A stretch of 51,563 bases of DNA from Paraglomus brasilianum (taxonomy: Eukaryota): positions 1 through 51,563 of the forward strand of contig CAJVPI010000121.1 in the NCBI GenBank assembly GCA_910592345.1, written 5' to 3'. Below the pieces are notes generated by a model, which was not told the DNA's origin, did no database searches, and worked only from the letters and a program-made list of their open reading frames with translations. The stretch's first letter is position 1; each line of letters opens with the position of its first letter. This document shows positions 1-18,046 of the stretch, piece by piece. A program made the position numbers and the translations under genes.

Positions 1-99
1 TACGAGCTAAGCCTGGTAACATCCCCCGGTCGGCGAACACACCTACACGAAAAGATAAATCGCTCTCCCAAAACCCCAATTTAATTCCCGACCGTAACA
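1..99 (-). mobile_element. End of an LTR-like dispersed repeat (truncated by window edge)
   Basis: Reverse complement of 1-99 closely matches 23678-23762 (TGTTACGGTCGGGAATTAAAT...GGGAGAGCGAT...CCGACCGGGGGATGTTACCAGGCTTAGCTCGTA); TG start typical of LTRs. Confidence 0.6.
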
Positions 100-894
100 T
101 CTCCAATATTACATTCTCAACCGGTTTTCCTGATGGCAAGTACATGAAATCCAGTCATCGGTAATTGCGCAAAAACTTGGACAAACATATCCACAGTTAA
201 AATTAGATTGTCCGGATTAGGCTAAAAGTTTGGACCGACACAAATTACACCATTTATCCGTAAACTTGGACAGTTTAGTGAAACGATAATTAGTTATAAA
301 TACGAGTCGTAGATAGTCATCTTCAGAATCTTCAGAGCAGATCAGATCATTTAGCAAGACGTTGCTATTAGATAGTTCTTTATAATCTAATAAATATCCA
401 ATTTAAATATAGTCGTTTGGCGAAGTGTTAAAACGCTTTACCCGTCAGCGGCGAATAGAATTAATCTTGCCGATAAATTCTATTTAGTACTTTTGCAATT
501 AGGGTTATTGTTTACATAACTTATCAATTTAAGATTGGTTTTTTTTTTTGCTTCAAAATCTCATCTATTGTGTGTAAATGTAGTATAGCATTGTAAGTAG
601 AACTGTGACAGTGTATTAAAACAACAAGAGTGACATCAAGTCTTGGTTGGACCCACCAAATTGCTGACACCACCCTGACCAAAACTTTTTAACTTCAACT
701 GACATTTGTACTATTTCAGAATACGATATATGGGGCAGACTGCAACAAAACCAGACAAAGTGAACATTTTATAAATGAGAGGCTGATTATGATGTGGCTG
801 TAAAATTGATCAGTGTGACTGATGATGTTTTGAAAAGTAATAATAGTGCTCATTCATAACTTATGGACTTGTTAATTTTAATGTTCACTTTATA

Positions 895-1475
895 TTGTCG
901 ACCTTTGTAAACCGAATATTGACCCCGATAAACCGCATATTTCAGCCAATTATATTTGTCTATAAAAATTACTTTGCAATATTCTTCTCTTATACAAACA
1001 AGAATTCGATCGAACAAAGACAAAACGTTCTACAACATGGAAACGGAGATGAACAAGAAGTCAATGGATTTACCAGTTTTGACCTTATCTATCAGAGTCT
1101 AGACCCGACACAAATGTGGACACTGGAATCATCTGGTCGTATCGTAGAGAAAGTCATTTATGAATATGCACGCACCTTAAGGCATGAATCTTGTCTGCAT
1201 TCTTTTGTTATTAACGACGTCGATAAGAAAACACGGACTTTATTTCGAAATGACGAATGGAAAGAAATACTTTCTACCAACTTGAAGCGTATGCCAAAAT
1301 CGCTAAACCAATTACCGAACTTCTGAAAAAGTATTCAGTAACTAATTTACCCCTATTTCGCAAAATCATTTTTGAACCCTTCCTGCCTAACAATACTTCA
1401 TACTCCAATGAAGAACATTTTGGCTTGAATTATATTAATCATGCATATACATACTCTTTGAGCGGGCTGAACTGA
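895..1475 (+). pseudogene. Frameshifted fragment of an uncharacterised protein gene
   Basis: Protein-like ORF 895-1326 (MWTLESSGRIVEKVIYEYA...LHSFVIND...EWKEI) appears to continue in another frame in ORF 1257-1475 (KPITELLKKYS...); no clear ATG start. Confidence 0.5.
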
Positions 1476-2208
1476 AAGTGAAGGAGAATCTGTTGATGGG
1501 AAACTGCAAGATGCACTAGCAAGCACTTGTACAGGTAACGACTTGGTGAGATAAAATATACCAGCACCCTGCCAACATACCCAAGGGTTTGCTTACTAAT
1601 AGAATATTCATGTGCGTGCGTCAAAGAGACGCTTAAAAAGTTGACCTTCAAAATCAACTTCAGTGTGCGGCGTGTGAAGTTCTTGTGATGCGTATTCACA
1701 TGTTTTAACTCCTTGACAAGTTCGATATTCCTTTGTGGTATCAACACCTAAGAATTGACAGTTAGAAAATAACAACTTTTTGTTACCTGGATCACCAATC
1801 GAGTACTGTATGTTTTTTAAGGCAAAAGCTTTTCTGGCTTTTCCGGATACTCGTTGAATTCAACATAGTGATTAACTTGATCAATAATTAATTTACGCCC
1901 AAAGATAGCCAGGTGAGGTCTCATCTATACATTATTAACAGTTCACTTAACTTAAGATATGCTACACTCAGTTTAAAGAAAATGCTGTCTCTACCCAAGA
2001 TAAAGAGTTATAGTTGTTGTAATGTTGGTATTAGCATCCATTGAGATGAAAGGTGAAAGGACGTGTCAGGAATGGGAAGCGCGATTAGAATTTTTCTCAT
2101 TGAGGAAATGATAGACATAACAGCGATAGTACAGAACAGCACTTATATAGTCATATTTTATTTAGTACAGCATCATTTAGAAAAAAAGAACAGTACAGTA
2201 CAGAGCTT

Positions 2209-6428
<4,220 letters not shown>

Positions 6429-6899
6429 TGGGAAAGAATAAATTCTTCACGGTTTCTAGTAGAGTACTTTTATATTTAGATGTTGGACAACATTCTCGTC
6501 GCGTCTTTTGTGTGTGTGTCGCGTGAATTAACATTACGTAATACTGTCCGACCCTGGGAAATGTCATGCTATGGGTGCGACAAATGAGAATGTATTGCGT
6601 CATCAGAATAATGATTTATTTAGTAACTTTACTTCTTACGATACGATGCAACAAAAGAAGTACGCTTACTATTTACATTAAAGTGAGAGTGACTTGAAAG
6701 ATCTGCGTTTGTATTCAGGCTAACTGATGAAATAATCTTTTGCTTTGTCAATTGATTCCACGGCATTCGCATTCTTTCTTACATTCTTCCAAACTTCTTC
6801 ACAAGTACCAAAGCAATTATTTCATTTTCTATGACTTTTCGCTGACGCTTTTGATGCCAAATATTGGTTGATCTGCATCTCGTATATTTTCATAAATAC

Positions 6900-7230
6900 A
6901 AAAGCATGTAGAACAAATATAACGGGTCGAAAACGCATCATGTATTCGGGTTTACAATATTATTGGCTTAGAATTAATTTTACGTTTACAACTATTACTA
7001 TGGATTAATATGTTGGATTTCAGAAAATCTTTGGTTTGCATGTTATAGTGATTCAAAAAAGGGTCGGTTTTCACCTTGCTCTATGCTATGATGATGGAAT
7101 TAGAGTAGAAAAAAAGAGCACTTGAGTTGTTTCAAAAAGCAGCTGAACGAGGTTATTTTAGTGCTCAATACAACCTTGTTGTATGTTGTCGAGTCAACAA
7201 TTGTGAAAGAGATTTAGCTGTTTCCAGACG
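6900..7230 (+). pseudogene. Degenerate Sel1-like (SLR) repeat gene fragment
   Basis: 7070-7190 translates with a frameshift to FHLALCYDDGIRVEK/ALELFQKAAERGYFSAQYNL, matching the Sel1 repeat consensus; no intact ORF. Confidence 0.65.
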
Positions 7231-7540
7231 GAGCTGTGATACAATGACAGTGACTCGCCTTCGAGTTAATCGAGTGGAAGCTATAGTACTGTAGTAATAG
7301 TAATAGGTTGGGCATACTTGTATCTATCTAAAACGTGTTTCCATTTAAAGCGAATAACAACCGTAATGCCACGAGAATATCCATGGGACAAGTGGCATAT
7401 TCCTAATCATATAAAACGGTCATATATTCCTTTTATGGAATGTTTTATATATGTAATATTACTTTATTTGATAAAACGATGAAATTTCGGCCGTATTAAC
7501 AGTCTTATTACCTTATCTAGTATAAGGTGCCAAGAGTTAT

Positions 7541-7698
7541 ACACAGTGAAATTCACTTTATCGTTCCACGATTTTGCATCGTTAACCTGAAAGTTTGCTT
7601 AAGTGAACTGTCTTTTTATATGAAATATATGAATCCGTTCTGGAAAGAACTTCGGTATAAAGCGATCTTCGTTAAAGTTAAAGTGAATTTCACCGTGT
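7541..7698. mobile_element. MITE-like element with 20-bp terminal inverted repeats
   Basis: ACACAGTGAAATTCACTTTA (7541-7560) vs TAAAGTGAATTTCACCGTGT (7679-7698), 1 mismatch. Confidence 0.65.
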
Positions 7699-8539
7699 GC
7701 CATAAAATTTGGTTCAAATGATGTTATTAGAAGATATTCAAAAGCCAAGTAAAATAATATGTTACCTTGGCCGCAAGATCCAATACTGGTTTAAAACCCA
7801 CAATATAAGCATTACTATTACGCGTTTATATTTCATTCAACATCATAAAACGAATACAGTAATACCTCCACAAATGCAACGCCTTGGCTATGTTGCATTT
7901 ATGGGGGGTTTTGCATTTATTAATAGGAAAGAAATTTTACTGATTTGCGTCTATTAAACAAATTTTCCTTTCTTAACTAAGAATTGTGTTATGCTACTAT
8001 TACTTTGTTTTATTGAATTTATCTGCTGGCTCTCTCTTGTTGAGTTAGAAACGTCTTATCTTTTAATGCCTCATTAGCACTCACTATTGCTATTATTGTC
8101 AGCATATTAATCGTGTTCTCTACTAAATAAAGAAATAATATTGCCACTTTCAGAAAGCTCAAAAACGATATCTTTCTCTCAAAAGACAAATACTTGTTTG
8201 TTGTCATTGCGTCAGGAAAATTCAACCTCGCGATGGATATAGTGTTGTGCGCGACTTGTGATGTTTGAAACTTGATATTGTATATGAAACAATTTTGTGT
8301 CATTTTTCCGCAACAAATAACTTTAGGTGAATCACGTAAGTTGCACTTAGGGAAATAAATGTACTGGAAATCGTTACACTTGCAGAAAACGGAGACCGAG
8401 CAAAATGTTGTCACTGTACGATAGTTTCAAATTCAAACACCTTCTGATAGAGAACAGGTATGTCCATGAAATTGAAACCAGATATGCTTGATTCATTTAT
8501 CAATAAACTAATGGGGTCGTTTTTTCGTATTATTGTTAG

Positions 8540-10000
8540 TTCGCTTATTAGAAATTTTTTAAAACTGGTTTTTCGTAAAAGTTTTGCGCCGCAGTTTTCT
8601 TCCTCAAAGCCTTAGTTTAAAGTTTATATGTTTTACTATTGTAAAAATGATCGCAAATGATGCAAGCTCATTATAATTACTATGTATATGTTTGATCGGC
8701 AAAAAACAAGCTTGCGAAAATTTATGTGCACTACACTATTACTATCTCGTACGCCCCACTTATTTATATAGTTACGTTGGATACATCGACGATCATACGC
8801 CGCTTTGTTTGCTACACGAAATCCTTTAACGGTGGTATTTCTTACAGAAATACTTGTATAATCGTATAGTGGTTGTATTCAATAATTGTTTTTTATAAAA
8901 TAGATAACGATCAATCCAAACCTCATCACGATATGAGAGGTTGAGAAGCGATCTTAAATTTCTAATCTTAATAACTCGACAGCCACATAAATGTATTTGT
9001 ATCACGTTATCTGCCACAACATACAGTAGAATAGTGTAACTTGTCAGATGCATAATGAAATCAACGGATATTAATCTCATATAACCCACTCGATAAATAC
9101 AATCGTATTTTTAAAAGTGACTCGTAAATAATTTAACAATATAGACAATCTCTTAAACTCTCTTCGATCATTCTTTTCTACCTGCTAGCATTGTTGAGGC
9201 AAACAAATGTTCAACCAGAACAACCACCATAGCAACACCTATTACTACAACCTCTTCGACCTGCACAGCCACTCCCACTTCTGTTAAATGTGATAATGAC
9301 CCCCCTCGCCCCCGTCCTTGTAAAAAAACTGCTACTTGTACGCTTGCAACAACTGTATGTCACACCAGCGCCTGTTTGCGTTTCTGATTGTGGGCAATGC
9401 AATCTTAATAACCCAGGCGCTTGCTGTAGTCAAATTTGTTTTCGATTAGCGGCGGCCTTGGCGGAACATGCGGGCAGCCTATATCTAATTGTATTTAGGA
9501 GTATATAAACTTCTGATCCACAATTGTCCGTGATAAGACATGTTAGAAAATCCAATGTTGTTTAGTTGGTTTTTTTTTCTTTTCATTTTTTAATAAATAG
9601 AACGCTGTTTAGTTAAAAAATTTTTTTTTAGTAAAACAAAACGTCGAGTTGTTTTTTGTTCTTTAGCAAAATGAAATCTGTTTTTAATAAGACAAATCTA
9701 TCAATATTAAATACTAGTTAAACAGTTTAATAAGAACAATTAGCATTAATAATAGGAATCGAAGATTTTGTTTTTCGTCAAAAACTTTTTTTGAAATTGC
9801 AAACTCAAATAATTACAATTTAACAAGTTCAACAATACAACTCCATTGTAATTCGAATTGACGCAATGATAATACTAATACGTTATTTGTTGAGTATTTC
9901 ACGATTTATACCGAGTATTTCTGCTAATAAAATAAAAAACAAACGAATAAAAAAAATTAATTCTTTATAAGAACCGATCCAATCAAAGTTGCATATATAG
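8540..10000 (+). repeat. Copy A of a ~1.5 kb inverted duplication
   Basis: Extensive reverse-complement similarity to 18690-20330, e.g. AGTGTAACTTGTCAGATGCATAATGAAATC (9032-9062) vs its reverse complement near 19736-19765. Confidence 0.85.
9138..9500 (+). pseudogene. Decayed small secreted Thr/Cys-rich protein with knottin-like C-terminus
   Basis: Paralogue of 19617-19240; ATG lost and frameshifted; signal peptide (SLKLSSIILFYLLAL), Thr-rich stalk, CVSDCGQCNLNNPGACCSQIC motif. Confidence 0.65.
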
Positions 10001-11068
10001 CACCGCTTAAACCACTTAATATTAAACCATAATCCTCTTGATAAAACTCCGCCGTATATCTATCACTATAGAATGTAGGTATTTCAATATTTTGCTTGAT
10101 AACTTTCGAACTGCACCAAACCTATTTTTTCATCATCTTTTAAATCCATCATTGATGTACAAGTTGTAAGAAAATAAAGTCACTATTACATATTTAATAA
10201 TATCGTCTTCATTACCAATGATACAATCTTTATCTCCAAAATGGTAACAGGAATCTACGCATTCGTGATTTGTGAGTGAACAGTTGCGAAGCTTAGTTAG
10301 TGGTTGATTTGTAACAGCACTCTTTGTGTGACGACTTAATTATCCATGAAAGCAACCGCATACACGTAAGTTTGACGCTTAATCTGTGGCGTCCAATTGC
10401 CTTTGCTATGCACATTTACTCATGGTGTAAAAATATAGTAAAGGTGTTTCTATAGACATTATTTAGATCTAACGCCACCAATGTTTAAGCGCTCGATGAA
10501 GAGAATATTTTGATAATGATATCTATTATTATACCCTCCAATGTCAACAAAAAGGTGTGATTGTCAACAAGCTTATTCTCACCAAATATTAATGCACGCG
10601 TAAACGTCAACTCTGCGGAATAATTTCTAAACAAGTTTGTTATAAATATGAAACTAGTGTGTTTCCTCAAGCGCTCTTACTGTTGATGAATTGGGGAAAA
10701 CTTACATGACACTAAATCCTTTGTTAGTCTGCATTAGGTTAGTTACGAAGCGATAAATCGAGTATCGTCCGCTTCCCCCGTCATCCACAATGGTGGTAGG
10801 ATAAAGCGGGAAGATATTGCTGACGTCGAAACACTCTTTCTTTTTTCCTTTTTTTAATCTTTTATTCCAAATTGAATTGATCAATAAACTTCTTAAATAC
10901 TTTCTAAATTCAAAGCTTTGTTATTTTACGTGCCTAAGTACAAGTTGTATAGATTTCACATTTACTCAAATTTACAAGTAGCTTTCGATACATTTACACA
11001 CAAAATATTGATTCATCTGGCTATTCACTCGCTTTGGTACATTTAAATATTTTCTTCATCCTGCACTA

Positions 11069-13719
11069 TCACAACATGACAATACCCAATTTACTGCTAT
11101 CCATATCTTTGCATTTCCAATTATACATATAATAATTTAACGTGCCATCTCCTGCACCAAATTTCAAAGGTTCGATAAACAGATTATTTTCCATGATATC
11201 TAAGCAATTGAACACATCGATATTTTCCTACAGACAAGAGAAAAGATTTGATGAGACAAACCATTGGGAATGAGCCATAAGCAATAAGTTGATCGTACTG
11301 GTCAAATTATATACCTGTTTTGCCAAAATCAAGGCATCCTTGATAAGCGCTTGGAGTCGTCCTTTGACAGCCTTCTCTTCAGTCTCCTTTATTGCGTAAT
11401 AGTACAGGTATACAGCATTAATGGTTTTATGTACTGCATGACCGATTACCGATGACGGCAAAAAGTAATAAGAAAAAAAGTCTGTCAATGTTTTCGTAGC
11501 AGGATCCTAACCAATCGTTATAATAATAATATTAGAACGGTGTAATAAAAAAAGCAAAAACATAGCATTCCCTTTACAATTACAGTCACATTCGTATACA
11601 CGTGCAACATAACCATACGAACCTCAACGACGTATGACCAAATGACGCCTTCTTTTGGTAAAAGCCAATGTCTAACTTCTTCATCCGACTTGAAGACTGG
11701 AACAAAGTTAAATTTGTCCATATATTCATTAAGCAATTTCCTAATTGCAGGAGCATCTTTTGATTTCATTGGCCGCAACCCGGGTGTAGCCGTTTCAGCT
11801 GGGAGTTTAAATTTCTTGATGACACGCGACATAGTCATGTTCGGAGGAAGACGGGAAAAGTTGGTTTCGATAAGTTTCTTTGGATTCAAATTACGGTGAA
11901 AATAACTACAAGTAAAATAGCGATAATGACGTAAATATTGGGAAAAGGACGCGAATATTGAGAAACGTAATGAATATTAATAGCTTGACATAAACACCGA
12001 CCAACCGACCAACCGACCAATTAATAAACAGGCCGGTCATCTGTCTGTCCTCTGTCAATATCATCACTCTTACCGTGCACTACAAATAGGTTTGGGCAGT
12101 ACAATACCGGCCGTATAAACAGCTTGAAAGATTCCCTGGACATGGCTTCGACGAGTAATCTCTTTGATCAGCACTGGTGACAATCGCTTGCTTCGTAACT
12201 TCTTATGAACGCAAAGGAAGTTTATCTCGACCAGATGTTGCTTTCTATTTAAACCGGTAATAAAATATTTGATAACGTTAGCATTCTTTTCGCATTCACG
12301 ACAAACATATTGATGAAAAGTGATAAACACGTACGATTTGTATATGCGAATGTCTGCTGGAGTTCCGCTGATGAATGCCACGAGCTTTTTGTTTGATGTT
12401 ACACGAACACCACAATGCCACAATTTTTTGTAACCTGGCGGTTGCAATGCCCTGATATTAAGTTAGCGTGCGTTAGAATACTAAAGCAAGTTCGGACGGA
12501 CATTATAATCTCACATCAACCACATATGTCGCATAAGATATACAATAAACAAATAAACAAACAACGGCGACATTAAAGAGAGAAAGAATAAAGGCCTTTT
12601 GCTGATTTCATCTAATCTGATAAGTTTGAAGAATCCTACTTTGGGTCGTTTCATCTAATCTAATCTGACAAGTTCGGAGAGTCTTATTTTGGTCATTTCA
12701 TCTAATCTAATCTGATTCCGTGAAACCCGTTTTCACTCACCATTTTAGAAACTTTGCCGAATAATCAAATCGGAACATTGCATCTTCGTCTTCGACATAG
12801 TTATTTGTCAAGAGGGTGTAGAGCTCACTTAGCTATAAGAGAATAAAACATTGTTTCTTTCAATGGCAAGAATTAAAACAACAAATAACGTATAACGAGA
12901 GAAAAAGATTGGAGAATGTATGTTCGTGTAGAATATCAATAAACATACATTCTCAGTAAAGTATATACCTCAGACTCGTTGTTAAGATCAATCGTACACC
13001 ATTCGAATTCCTTGGGAAGCGGATAAGGGTCTTTCCGTATTTGATCGTGGGGTGTATTTTCTTCAATTGGACCATCTTCATCAATTTCTTCATCTATTAA
13101 AATCATCAATCGCAATGAATTCAATCCTCACACGCACTGACGACATACTGACTCGACATTCCCACAATCGTTGCACAGACATGTATAATAACCACGCCTC
13201 TAATCGAAGAGGGAGGGGGAAAAAAAAAGAAACCACCAAAACTCGCTCATCCATTCTAATGGAATACTTACCAAGACGCGGTACAGGCTGCGTATCCCAA
13301 AACTTGTGCGTTTTACTCTCTTTACTTTTACTGGTTAGACTCCCAGACGAATTTAGGGCTTCTTGCATAGCAAGCCTATTAATCATTTGCTTAAACTTTT
13401 CTTGCCATTCCATAGCTTCCTGGACTTTCTTTTTGGCTAATTCCTCCTCGCCTACAACAGGCGCAGCGCTAGTGCCCGCCTTCTCTGCCTTTTTCTTCGT
13501 CTTTTTCATCAGTCTTTTAGCCTCCCGCTTTTTCTGTTTCTCACGCTGCCTCTCGGCAGCTGTCATGCTGACACTTCCTTTGCTCTCTACGTCTTCGTCT
13601 TCGTTGGCAAGAGCCGGCTCGTCCGTGTCTGTGATTTCGACTATTTTGGCGGTAGGAGAAGCCTCCTCTGGGGGCATTACCTCCTCCGAGAGTGGTGTCT
13701 CTTGTTGTTCGGAGGCCAT
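11069..13719 (-). CDS. NMT1: Glycylpeptide N-tetradecanoyltransferase (N-myristoyltransferase), multi-exon
   Basis: Motifs [78 protein letters not shown] and C-terminal LGIVML-stop. Confidence 0.96.
12606..12716. repeat. ~47-bp imperfect tandem repeat in an NMT1 intron
   Basis: TTTCATCTAATCT(AATCT)GA recurs three times with related spacers. Confidence 0.75.
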
Positions 13720-14801
13720 AATTCCCTATCTAAGAAGCTCAAGCCGGACTGAAAGGACTAAAGGAAAAATTGTCATACCCCCACCTAGTTGTGTTCACTG
13801 ATCTTTGATGCTCACATGAGATTGGCCAATTAGATCGAGTTGATCATGCTGTTTATGGTTATACACTGCGAAAATTCACAAAGATGATAAATTAACATAC
13901 TGTATATAAATGCTACATAATAATAACGTTGAACAAAACATTTAATAGAACCATGCAAAATAAAGCCATTCACTTTTTAATCTGTTAATAAGATGTAAAG
14001 CCACCATCGTTGTATAACAGCATTCTCTTGAATATTTATTTGTGTTCTCCTTGTATCATACGCTACTTCTCTGTCAATGTCACCTTCAAAATAATATAAC
14101 GGAAATGGATAAGAACTGGAAATCTCTTATTTCCCTTAATAGGTAAAGGTGCGATTTTTGAATTCCCAAAAAGTTAAATATGGGATTGCAACTTTAAACA
14201 GGCTATGTAAGTTGATAGACTATGGAAATTGTTTATCGCAGTAACAAAATTAGACATTTACTATATATCGACGAAAATCACCACAGAGGTTGTGTGGGGG
14301 AAAAAGATTAGAGTGCGTAAAGCGCGTGCTGGGAACATGCTTACGATATCGAGCGTGTGAGAGATTGATTTTTTGGAGAGTTAGCGTGAATTTGGTAAAC
14401 TGTGAGAACAATTCAAGATCGTGAGACTTGCCACACAAAAGACTCTAGCCCGTTCCTTGATGCTGATCGAGTATTTAACGCTAAACTAAAGAAGAGAAAG
14501 ATCTTTCTCAAATCAATGATTAGATCTTTTCTTTGATATGCCATCCCACCGCCATATGAACAACATTTCATCAATTGTGGAGTATCATAAACTTTTAATT
14601 ATGCCCAATTCTTTTATTCCCAGAGGAAACGAAACTTGCTCAAAGAGCCGGTATTTTTTTTGTCTCCAATCGATCGAATTACCCTCTTTCCCACGGAACA
14701 TGATTTATAAATACACGCACCAAGTAGTCATGACCTTTATCCGTTTGTGAGGATACCCAAACAACACAAAAGCAACCACGATTCTCGTAACTCAAACCAT
14801 C

Positions 14802-16204
14802 ATGTCTATGCTCTCAAGAGTGCATTCCAGAGATCAGGAGATCATCACCATTACAGCCGCCGACGAATGGCTCGGATATTGCATCGCCGATACGTTACTT
14901 GGCTGTCACAATCGTCGTTTCAAAGTCCGTGCCTTATGTCGTGATAAAGACAAGTGCGAGAGACTGCGCAGAAAGGGTGCCGAAGTTTGCGAGATTGATT
15001 ATGACGACCGTGGAACTCTCGATGTTGGAGTCAGATATTCGAAATGGATTGTTTTTGTGGTCGAAAAGGAACATGATCGAGTTGACAAGGCGGAGGCGTT
15101 ATGCGATGTAAGTAGACTGGAATTTTCCCCGGGGAGTAAATGGTGTAAGGATAAGCTAATCAATCGTATTTACGTGTTCATGTCTATTAGGCCATCAAGC
15201 ATGCAGAAGTCAACAATGTCGCCTTGATGAGTACTCTTGGAACTATTGATTCCGACTGTCCAACATTTACAGACTATGAGCACATCGAAAACGCCGTCAA
15301 GAATTGCACTGACGACTGGGTAATCTTACGGTACAAAAGAAATTTTTCAAAATGACTTTATACAACTGTTCATTCCTTCCACCCCCCGCATCATTATATA
15401 ACCTCAAATTATATTTATATTTCGTCCCATAGTCTTGCTTTCATCCAACAACTTTTCTACTATTGGAAGAAATCTGTCCAAGAACATTCCATGTTGAGCT
15501 TTTCGATCCATCCAGACTCGCGCTTTTCTCCAATTCATCTAGACGACGTCATGGACTCTTTTCGCGAGATTGCTTTCCGCGGAGATGTTCCACGTGACAT
15601 AGACGCAAAACACCGTCACAAGATTTACACTCTTACCGGACCCGAGGCCATAGATGGTTTCATTCTTGCCGACATTATCAGCGAGGCTATCGATCACCGT
15701 TGGTTCGTTCGCTTTATGGAGACCTCTAGAGAACAAGTCGAGCGATATTTGAGATCATTGGGAGGAAAGAGAGACCGCAACAATATGTATCCTGAGGGTA
15801 GGAAAGAGCGCAATTATCCCCCACCTCCACCACCGAACGAAGTTTGTATTGACTCTATGTGAGTATTCAATGTGAATTGGGAGGGTTGGCGTAAGTTTTA
15901 TATACTTTGCATATAAATTTATTTGCTCTTCTTCTTCTTTTCTGCAGATGCGATCACTTTGACTATACCAGAGCCGGAAAATCTGACTATATTACTGGTG
16001 ATGTACTTCGTATTACGGGGAAACCACCCGTGCGTGCCGTTTGGTATTTCAAGGTTTGTATTGCTCAGTTTAATTAGCTGTTGCGTTGTTTACGTACAAT
16101 GGCGTGATGCTAATGAATCTTTTTAAAAAAAACAATAATAGGAAAATGTGGATGATTTCCGTCCTCTGAAGCCTACTAGTACTAGTACTAGAAGCAAAAT
16201 GTAA
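14802..16204 (+). CDS. NmrA-like / atypical SDR NAD(P)-binding Rossmann-fold protein, 5 exons
   Basis: ITITAADEWLGYCIADTLL...KVRALCRD...GAEVCEIDYDD; PIHLDDV; YTLTGPEAIDG; phase-consistent GT-AG splicing to ...ITGDVLRITGKPP...FKENVDDFRP...KM-stop at 16204. Confidence 0.8.
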
Positions 16205-16798
16205 ATAGTTAATAACATCATTTTCGAGAATTAAAACAATGTACAAATTTACCAAAAGCAGCGAATAAAAACACAGATGCGATCAGGAGAGCTCAAGAAT
16301 TCGTATCTTATTACCAAATAAAGCAAGTCATGTGAATGTTTATCTTAATATTTGTTGAACAATTCGGGATGATTTTCCGTCGATCTATCTCAAAATAAAA
16401 TAGTTCAGATTTCACGTGTCGATTGTAATTTATTTAATAGGGAATGTTTGAAACTCTAATATCATGACGAATGTTCAATGTGAGACAAATATTTTGAAAA
16501 AACCTCATTGTTAAAAGCAGCGAAACGATTTCTGGTGTCGCGCACTAGTATGCAACTACATCCCCTCGTAATTCATTCTTTGTATTCCTGTGACATTATG
16601 TGAGAGAAAAGGAAAGCGAGATCAAACTGGTTATCAAACTCTAAATACTGATGTGGCGTTTAGTAGTCTTTGATCTATTGTATCAACACTATCATTGGTC
16701 TGGAAATATATACATATATGTCGCTTTGTATTCTCTTTTGTTGTTTCTCCAACTTTGTATCGTTCCTCCTGTTTACATAGCTGCATCGAGAGAAAAAA

Positions 16799-18046
16799 AT
16801 GCCTCGTAAAGCCGAAGAAAATCACAAACAATCGACGGTAGATGTTACAGGTAAGAAAGAAAGGAACAAGACTGTGTTTTCGTCATCCGAGAGAACAAGC
16901 AAGGATATTTTCATAAGCGAAATGGATGCCGTTTAAATTCCAATGCGCAATCTAAATCACACTGTTCTAAACCGAACTTACTCAATATAGAGACACTGTT
17001 AGAGGTATCGCCAAAACATTCAGACTTGTTACCACCAACAGACGTTGTGGTCTCGTCAGATATTCCGTCATTTTTTCCCATTCTGCGTCAGCCAACTTAT
17101 CCTTATTATACTGCCGGAGAGATAGCAGAAGTAGACTTTCCGACGGAAATTAAACTATCAATATTCATGCAATTGAAAAAACTTATATTGACCTTTGGAC
17201 AAAGTGTGTGTGAGGAATGTGTTATAGCAAAATTCATTACATTTGAAGAGTGGAATAGACTTCAAGGATATGATGACGATGTTAAAGTAGATATGGATAT
17301 TAAAATTGGAGACGAACAGCAGATTGAGGAATGGATCGACATTAGCAGCATAACATATATCGACATAGATCTGGCTGCTGCAGTTCCACTTGTTACCCAG
17401 TATTCATCACCATCTTCGTCGTCGTCATCCTTAACAACTACACCATCCACATCTGCACCCTCTTCTCCGACACTATCTATTCCTGACCTTATCCAACCAT
17501 ATCACAAAGTTTCTTCTGCTTCTATAGAAATCCTTATTCACTCTCATAATACTGCGTATAAATCAGACCTTTTGCAGAGAATTTTCCACTACGCCTCTGT
17601 AGGATCATTTTATCGTCCAGACAAAGGACAGTACTTTACTCGGGTGACTCTTCCTGTACCCGACATAGAAAGCATCGAAAATTTGATGAACTGGGTAATT
17701 GGAGGAGATGATGAAAATTGGATCGCGAGTATACAGCCCTGGAGCGTCTGGAAGGTAAGGAAGACTATATGTGGACAAAAACTGGTATTAGCACTACTGC
17801 ATACTGTTCTCTCGTTTAACCCCATTCGCTATCTGTTTTGTGTTATCCTCTTTTATGCTTCATAAGATATTCAAGAATGTATGTTGGTTGGGTCTCAGAG
17901 ACGAGGCGGAGCAGTTGTTGATAAGATATGTAGACGAGATGGAATCCCAAGGAATCTACATATCAGACTATATTCCTCCCGAGGAATTCATATGGAATTA
18001 TTACGACGATGCAGAACCGAGTTTTTGGTCTGCAATGGACGAATAA
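16799..18046 (+). CDS. Uncharacterised protein with a possible divergent C-terminal BTB/POZ-like domain, 3 exons
   Basis: ATG 16799, intron 16851-16990 joins in phase with ORF 17026; second intron ~17756-17867; VTLPVPDIESIENLMNWV...IFKNVCWLGL resembles BTB C-terminal helices. Confidence 0.65.

Noticed and set aside
1480..1800. Minus-strand coding-like fragment (KEYRTCQGVKTCEYASQELH...)
   Set aside because: Looks like a gene or transposon relic, but it is interrupted by stops and I cannot assign a family.
12606..12716. Repeat-spacer-like pattern resembling a CRISPR array
   Set aside because: Eukaryotic intron; the spacers resemble each other, so it is a minisatellite; no cas genes.
13052..13801. 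249-aa + strand ORF
   Set aside because: Antisense shadow of NMT1 exon 1; likewise the antisense ORFs over AMT and the BTB-SPRY genes.
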